The notes under the pieces: generated by a model
Database searches by the model: none
Seen by the model: the letters and a program-made list of their open reading frames with translations, nothing else
What the model was told of the DNA's origin: nothing
In this document: piece by piece, positions 41,362 through 46,711 of the stretch
Numbering within the stretch: the first letter of the stretch is position 1
Layout of the letters: each line of letters opens with the position of its first letter
Assembly: GCA_964525625.1 (NCBI GenBank)
Contig: CAZGKY010000002.1
Span: forward strand, 1 to 46,711
DNA: 46,711 nucleotides
Reading direction: 5' to 3'
DNA from: an uncultured Atribacterota bacterium
GTDB lineage: Bacteria > Atribacterota > Phoenicimicrobiia > Phoenicimicrobiales > Stramentimicrobiaceae
Translations under genes and position numbers: made by a program

Positions 41362-41412
41362 GTCATTGCGAAGCGCGCAGCGCTGAAGCAATCTCATCCA
41401 TATATACCCGAG
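41362..41412 (+). repeat. Hairpin repeat module, copy B
   Basis: GTCATTGCGAAGCGCGCAGCGCTGAAGCAATCTCATCCATATATACCCGAG. Outer stem ATTGC/GCAAT, 2x3 purine internal loop, inner stem AGCGC/GCGCT. Confidence 0.85.
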
Positions 41413-41420
41413 AAAAATAA

Positions 41421-41441
41421 AACCAAAAACAAAAAACATAA
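41421..41441 (+). repeat. Short heptanucleotide tract (AACMAAA)
   Basis: aaccaaa aacaaaa aacataa following hairpin copy B. Confidence 0.5.
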
Positions 41442-41560
41442 AATAATTTTGCGCTAAAGGCCAATTTAAACTTTATCTACTATAAAAATTTCTGGTATAC
41501 TTATAAAAACACACATTACACCTTTAACTTTATAACAGTACAATTCTGAAAGGAGTTAAA

Positions 41561-42190
41561 ATGTTAACCCTGATTATTGGTATTGCCGGGGGTACCGGCT
41601 GTGGAAAAACTACAGTAGCCCAAAATATCTGCCAGGGAATTAAAGGGAAAAATGCCGTCATAATCGTTCAAGATGCCTATTATAAGGATTTGTCCCATCT
41701 TACTTTACCAGAGAGAAGAAAGGTTAATTTTGACCATCCTTCTGCTTTTGATAATCAGTTACTTCTGGAACATCTTAATCTATTAAGGAAAGGTGAGACC
41801 ATTCACATGCCGGTATACTCATTTCAGGATTATACTAGAAAAAAAAGGACCATCAAAATAAAGCCGGCTGATGTTATTATCCTGGAGGGTATATTGGTTT
41901 TAGAAGAAGAAACTATTCGCAATTTACTTGATATTAAAATATATGTTGATACTGACTCCGATGAACGTTTTATTCGCAGGTTAATCCGTGATACCAGAGA
42001 AAGGGGAAGGAGCCTTGCCTCAGTGATAGAGCAGTACCTTAATCGGGTTAAGCCTATGTTTTTACAATTTGTAGAACCATCCAAGCGTTATGCTGATATT
42101 ATCATACCCCAGGGCGGTTTGAATAAGGTGGCTATTGATATTATTACCAGCAATATTAATGCTCAATTAGATAAATTGGAGAAGACGTAA
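41561..42190 (+). CDS. udk: Uridine kinase
   Basis: 209 aa with P-loop IGIAGGTGCGKTT, DHPSAFD and RRLIRDTRERGR motifs. Confidence 0.94.
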   Translation: MLTLIIGIAGGTGCGKTTVAQNICQGIKGKNAVIIVQDAYYKDLSHLTLPERRKVNFDHPSAFDNQLLLEHLNLLRKGETIHMPVYSFQDYTRKKRTIKIKPADVIILEGILVLEEETIRNLLDIKIYVDTDSDERFIRRLIRDTRERGRSLASVIEQYLNRVKPMFLQFVEPSKRYADIIIPQGGLNKVAIDIITSNINAQLDKLEKT

Positions 42191-42229
42191 CTAATCGATG
42201 GCCAAAATATAAAGTTTGAGGAGCTTATA

Positions 42230-42772
42230 ATGTTACCATGGTGTAAATTGATTATCCCCCATGTCTATTTAGAGAATATTTACTCTATCGATATAGAAGG
42301 ATTAAAGGAAAAAAAGAACATTAAGGGTCTTATTGTGGACCTGGATAATACTATAGTACCCTGGGGTGATAAATACCTGGATGAGAGGATTCTTTTCTGG
42401 ATTGAGCAGGTCAAACGAAGTAGAATAAAGATTTGTCTTGTTTCCAATACCCATAATAATATTTCAGATATTGGCGGTAAGTTAGGTATACCCTATTTTT
42501 ATAGTCGCTATAAGCCAATGAAAAAGCCCTTTCTGCAAGCGATGAAAGTAATGAACACTGATCATAGAGAAACTGCAGTGGTAGGAGATCAGTTATTTAC
42601 GGATGTACTAGGTGGGAATCGCCTGCAGCTTTTAACTATATTGGTCTGCCCCCTAAGTCAGTCAGATTCCCTGGGTACTACCATTGTCAATAGAGCTTTA
42701 GAACATTTTATTATATCCTACTGGCTGAAGAGTGGTAAAATAAAATTAGTCAAGGGGAAATGGCCAACCTAA
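42230..42772 (+). CDS. YqeG-family HAD phosphatase
   Basis: HAD motif I VDLDNTIVPW, motif II VSNT, motif IV VGDQLFTD. Size and pattern match HAD subfamily IIIA YqeG. Confidence 0.8.
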   Translation: MLPWCKLIIPHVYLENIYSIDIEGLKEKKNIKGLIVDLDNTIVPWGDKYLDERILFWIEQVKRSRIKICLVSNTHNNISDIGGKLGIPYFYSRYKPMKKPFLQAMKVMNTDHRETAVVGDQLFTDVLGGNRLQLLTILVCPLSQSDSLGTTIVNRALEHFIISYWLKSGKIKLVKGKWPT

Positions 42773-43066
42773 ATTATATATTTAAATAATTGTTATTTCT
42801 TGCTGCCGCATTATATACCAAGCATCATATTATTAGTTATTGCACCATAGGAATACTATGTACTATTAATTGAACAAGATGATTGTCCCAGGGTTGAATT
42901 TTCTGAGAATATTTGCCCTTTCTAATGGTTATAGGTATAATGTTATCATAAAAAATAAAATTATTATAATAAAGAAATAAAAAATATATCAAATTCCGAT
43001 TCTACCAGTAATAATTAATATACTTAATATATATAATACTCTAAAGAACATAAAGAAAGGTTAAAA

Positions 43067-44797
43067 ATGGCGGCTCGTTTGGTTAAGGAAAATGGAATTA
43101 CTGGTGAATTCTTATTAAACCTACTGGTTAATAAGAAGATTATCACCAATAAAGAAAGAGAGGAAATTTATAGAAAGCAAGGGAATAATAATACTTCTAT
43201 TCAGAACATTGTCTTAGAATCGGGTATTATCAGTAAAAAGGAAATGATGCAATTATTATCTGAAGAAGTGGGAGTTCCCTATATAGATTTAGAGGGTAAG
43301 AGCTTTGATCCCTCAATTGTGGCTATGCTTTCTGAGGAAATTTCCCGTAAACACAAGCTGGTAACTATCGGTAAAAAGAATGATAAATTAATTGTGGCTA
43401 TGGCTAACCCTTTAGATGTTTTTGTCCATGATGAAATTAAAATCAAAACTGGCTATGAAATAGAACCCTATTTGGCCTTCAGTGATGATATTGGCAAGGT
43501 TTTGGATTCGGTCTATGGAATTACGGAAAATTGGCAACAGATGATCGGAGAGATTACTTCATTACCAGTGACTGCCGTAGAAGAAGATATAGAAGAGATA
43601 GAAATTACCAAAAGTATTAGTGAAAGCCACGAAGCCCCTGTTATTGCCCTGGTTAACTTGATTATGCTTCGTGCCATAAAAGAAGGAGCCAGCGACATTC
43701 ATATTGAACCCTATGGAGATAAGTTATTGAAGGTAAGATACCGAATTGATGGAATATTGCATGATGTTATGACTCCTCCCAGAAGCCTACATATGGCCAT
43801 TATAAGCCGAATAAAAATAATGTCCAATCTAAATATTGCCGAACGCCGTCTCCCTCAAGATGGGAGAATTAAGGTCCAGGTGCAGGGTAGGGAAGTCAAC
43901 TTTCGGGTTTCTACTATACCTGCTATTAATGGGGAGAGTACTGTTTTGAGAATATTAGATCCAGCCCAAATTATGTTAGATTTGAAATCTATTGGCTTTT
44001 CTGATGATAATTTTAAAAAATACCAGAACTTAATTATGAAGCCCAATGGCATTATTCTGGTTACTGGTCCTACTGGGAGTGGTAAATCTACAACTTTATA
44101 TGCTACCTTGAATATCTTAAATTCCACTGAGAAGAAAATAATGACTATTGAAGACCCGGTAGAATATCGTCTGGATGGCATTAATCAATTACAAGCCAAA
44201 CCCAAAATAGGTCTCACCTTTGCTGCCGGATTACGTAGTTTTTTACGTCAGGATCCAGATATTATGTTGGTAGGAGAAATCAGAGATAGGGAAACTGCTG
44301 AAATTGCCATTCAGGCAGCACTTACTGGACACCTGGTCTTAAGTACCTTGCATACCAACGATGCCCCCAGCTCTGTTATTCGCTTGATTGATATGGGTAT
44401 TGAACCTTTTTTGATTTCCTCTTCGGTAATAGGGATACTTGCTCAAAGATTGGTCCGTAAGATATGTCCCTACTGCAAGAAGGAGGTGCCCCTAACTAAG
44501 GAAATTAAAATGGTTATGGAGGAATTTAATATCGCTCCTGAAGAAATCAGGTTATTCTATGGAGAGGGGTGTCCTCACTGTAAACGGACGGGATATAAGG
44601 GCAGAACAGCTATTTTTGAATTAATGGTGGTCAATGAACACATCCGAGAACTGATTTATAGAAATGCCCCCTTAGCCGAGATAAGAGAGGTAGCCATAAA
44701 AAAGAACGGTATGATTACCTTAAAAGAGGATGGTTTACGAAAAATTAGGGAGGGTGTTACTACCTTGGAAGAAGTTATGCGGGCTACTTCTACCTGA
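43067..44797 (+). CDS. pilB: GspE/PilB-family pilus assembly ATPase, second paralogue
   Basis: 576 aa. GSPII_E N-terminal domain, Walker A GPTGSGKST, tetracysteine CPYC...CPHC. The N-terminal MshEN-like motifs are degenerate. Confidence 0.88.
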   Translation: MAARLVKENGITGEFLLNLLVNKKIITNKEREEIYRKQGNNNTSIQNIVLESGIISKKEMMQLLSEEVGVPYIDLEGKSFDPSIVAMLSEEISRKHKLVTIGKKNDKLIVAMANPLDVFVHDEIKIKTGYEIEPYLAFSDDIGKVLDSVYGITENWQQMIGEITSLPVTAVEEDIEEIEITKSISESHEAPVIALVNLIMLRAIKEGASDIHIEPYGDKLLKVRYRIDGILHDVMTPPRSLHMAIISRIKIMSNLNIAERRLPQDGRIKVQVQGREVNFRVSTIPAINGESTVLRILDPAQIMLDLKSIGFSDDNFKKYQNLIMKPNGIILVTGPTGSGKSTTLYATLNILNSTEKKIMTIEDPVEYRLDGINQLQAKPKIGLTFAAGLRSFLRQDPDIMLVGEIRDRETAEIAIQAALTGHLVLSTLHTNDAPSSVIRLIDMGIEPFLISSSVIGILAQRLVRKICPYCKKEVPLTKEIKMVMEEFNIAPEEIRLFYGEGCPHCKRTGYKGRTAIFELMVVNEHIRELIYRNAPLAEIREVAIKKNGMITLKEDGLRKIREGVTTLEEVMRATST

Positions 44798-44963
44798 TAT
44801 TTAGAGAATACAGGCTGGTACTAAGAATTAAGAATGAAGTATGAAATTAATGAGCCAAGTCAAGATATTTTAGTTCAGTTAATTAATTGAAAAATTTAAT
44901 GAGCATAAAGAATAGATGGTGATATAATATAATAATAAGGAAGAAAGTAGCAAATATTTTTAT

Positions 44964-45015
44964 AAACATAAACCAAAAACCAAAAACAAAAAACTATAAA
45001 CCATAAACTAAAAAG
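44964..45015 (+). repeat. Heptanucleotide tandem-repeat tract (AACYAWA), longest copy
   Basis: aaacata aaccaaa aaccaaa aacaaaa aactata aaccata aactaaa aag. Seven to eight units in perfect 7-nt register between pilB2 and pilC. Confidence 0.8.
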
Positions 45016-45117
45016 TTTAATAATCTTTAAACCAAATACTAACCACTGGATAATATTGAGCAGCACCAATGATAATTATCGGTATAGCAAAGAATTGCTC
45101 AGGAGGTGAAATTAAAA

Positions 45118-46326
45118 ATGCCGACTTTTGCTTATAGAGCCCGAGATAATTCTGGACGGATCTTTTCTGGAGTGATTGAAGGGGATAGTCGGGAAGCTGT
45201 AATTGATCGCTTAAGAGAAATGAAATATTTTATTATTTCAGTAGAACAAAAGAGCCAGAGTTTACTTTCTACTGAAATAACCCTTTTTAAGACTATCAAA
45301 ATAAGGGACTTAGCAATATTTTACCGCCAATTTGCCACAATGGTCAGTGCTGGTTTGACTCTGGTCAATTGTCTGGAGATTTTATCTAAACAGACCGAGA
45401 ATAAGCTTCTGGCTAAAAAAATTGAGGATATTAAAAAGAGTGTGGAGCGTGGTTCTACCCTGGCTGATGCCTTTGCCAGTCACCCGGAAACCTTTTCCAG
45501 ACTTTATATCAATATGATTAAAGCCGGGGAGATAGGGGGAGTTCTGGATGACATTTTAAATCGTATGGCTACTCTTATGGAAAAGGAATATGAACTAAGA
45601 CAGAAGATAAAATCGGCCATGACCTATCCCTCCTTCATTTTTGGTGCTGCCTTAATAATGGCAGTTTTTATGCTGACCTTTATCTTGCCCCAGTTTGTAG
45701 GAATATTTCAGCAGTTTGGAGGCCAGCTTCCCTTTTTAACTAAAATACTAGTCTGGTTAACCATAACTTTTAATCGCTACTGGTATATCTTTTTTGCAGT
45801 TTTCGCCCTGATAATTATTGCTTTTATCTCTTATAACCGGACCAAACAGGGTCATAAGAATATTGACCGGTTAAAGTTAAAATTACCTATATTTGGAAAT
45901 TTATTCCTTAAAACAGCTATCAACCGTTTTACCAGAACACTTGGTACCTTAATCCGCAGTGGAGTTCCTATTATTCAATCCTTGAGAGTTTCAGCTGAAT
46001 CTATTGGTAATGATATTATTGCTGATGCAGTTCTTAAAGCCTCGGAGCGTATTAAAGAGGGACAGAGTATTTCTGCACCTTTAGAAGAAAGTAAAGTTTT
46101 TCCACCAATGGTTACGCAGATGATCCTGGTGGGGGAAGAGAGCGGTGAGCTGGAGACGATGCTTTTGAATGTTTCTCAATTCTACGATCAGGAGGTAGAA
46201 AGAGCAGTAGAACAGTTAACTTCGGTAATTGAACCAATCTTAATGTTAGTTGTTGCCGGCGTGGTAGGAGTAATGGTCATTGCTATGTATCTGCCCATCT
46301 TTAGTATGGTAAATTTAATTCAGTAA
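45118..46326 (+). CDS. pilC: Type IV pilus assembly platform protein PilC (GspF family)
   Basis: Two T2SS-F repeats and 3 TM segments. N-terminus MPTFAYRARDNSG. ATG 45118 (11 nt after AGGAGG) is preferred over GTG 45106, which overlaps the SD. Confidence 0.9.
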   Translation: MPTFAYRARDNSGRIFSGVIEGDSREAVIDRLREMKYFIISVEQKSQSLLSTEITLFKTIKIRDLAIFYRQFATMVSAGLTLVNCLEILSKQTENKLLAKKIEDIKKSVERGSTLADAFASHPETFSRLYINMIKAGEIGGVLDDILNRMATLMEKEYELRQKIKSAMTYPSFIFGAALIMAVFMLTFILPQFVGIFQQFGGQLPFLTKILVWLTITFNRYWYIFFAVFALIIIAFISYNRTKQGHKNIDRLKLKLPIFGNLFLKTAINRFTRTLGTLIRSGVPIIQSLRVSAESIGNDIIADAVLKASERIKEGQSISAPLEESKVFPPMVTQMILVGEESGELETMLLNVSQFYDQEVERAVEQLTSVIEPILMLVVAGVVGVMVIAMYLPIFSMVNLIQ

Positions 46327-46352
46327 AATCAGAAAAGTAGTAGAGGTAAAAA

Positions 46353-46711
46353 ATGGTGGTAAAAGAAGAGGTAGTAAATAACGTTTTTAGAACCGGAAGT
46401 AATGGAGAAATAACTGAGGTACATATGGCTTTATTAAGAAATATTGTACAGGAATTTCGAAATTCAGGAGAACCGGAGGAAGAGCTGATGCAGGCAGGGT
46501 ATATCGGTCTATTAAATGCCGTAAATCTCTATCAGAAAGAGCTTAATCTTACCTTTCCAGAGTATGCCCGACATCTAATTTGTGGTGAAATTCGCAATTA
46601 CATCAGGGAAAAAAATAAAAAGATAGAGGTCCCTGACTGGTTATCTACTATGATCAATAAATTATTAAATCAGATGCTTACTGCTTATAGAAAACAACAT
46701 AACAGATTTCC
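46353..46711 (+). CDS. SigB/SigF/SigG-type (group 3) sigma-70 family factor, 3'-truncated by the window edge
   Basis: My own translation from ATG 46353 (not in the ORF track). Region 2 pattern: ELMQAGYIGLLNAVNLYQ...FPEYARHLICGEIRNYIREKNKKIEVP. The open frame continues to the last base. Confidence 0.75.
   Translation, partial: MVVKEEVVNNVFRTGSNGEITEVHMALLRNIVQEFRNSGEPEEELMQAGYIGLLNAVNLYQKELNLTFPEYARHLICGEIRNYIREKNKKIEVPDWLSTMINKLLNQMLTAYRKQHNRF

Noticed and set aside
41053-41386. ORF-track proteins 41053..41298 (81 aa) and 41144..41386 (80 aa)
   Set aside because: They overlap each other in different frames and have no Shine-Dalgarno. They are low-complexity translations of the tandem array, hairpin modules and heptamers (for example FFCHCEKRSDEAIS, VIARSAATKQSHP). 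I treat them as repeat artefacts, not genes.
1-46711. Interpretation of the window as a plasmid, phage or other circular mobile replicon, because of the matching 11-nt ends
   Set aside because: Content is essential chromosomal housekeeping (aaRS genes, rho, prfA, rpsA, holB). There are no replication, partition, integrase or structural phage genes, and the coding frame across the putative junction is not sigma-factor-like.

Overview
AT-rich bacterial chromosomal segment (roughly one-third G+C by eye). About 40 protein genes are all encoded on the + strand. Content is almost entirely housekeeping, and the gene order resembles Firmicutes-type conserved blocks: pyrG; rho-rpmE-tdk-thyX-prfA-prmC-(LMW phosphatase)-rpiB-upp; tmk-holB-yaaT/ricT-yabB-rsmI-metG; metK; hisS-asnS-aspS; rpsA; alaS-ruvX-mltG; udk. 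Type IV pilus / GspE-family motor genes are scattered between them (pilT, two pilB paralogues, pilC). A partial SigB/F-type sigma factor runs off the 3' edge. I see no transposase, integrase, phage, CRISPR-cas, toxin or defence gene, and no rRNA or tRNA gene. What the ORF track does not explain lies in the intergenic DNA. (1) A canonical T-box leader precedes hisS-asnS(-aspS); its UGGC bulge and a GAC-A candidate specifier fit tRNA-Asp (or Asn) better than tRNA-His. (2) A structured, roughly 220-240 nt candidate 6S RNA lies directly upstream of 5-formyl-THF cyclo-ligase, the same linkage as E. coli ssrS-ygfA. (3) A dispersed family of intergenic repeats occupies two loci about 10 kb apart (30.9-31.4 kb and 41.1-41.4 kb): a conserved hairpin module GTCATTGCGA...GCAATCTCATCC whose inner stem covaries between copies, an 88-nt composite unit 92% identical in inverted orientation, and a degenerate ~28-nt tandem array. 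(4) At least nine tracts of heptanucleotide tandem repeats (AACYAWA / ACYAAAT / ACCAACG) occur in intergenic regions. (5) An 860-nt ORF-free, purine-rich, C-poor gap lies upstream of rho. I did not find a convincing novel protein-based system. All calls come from reading the sequence and translations by eye; no searches or folding programs were run.
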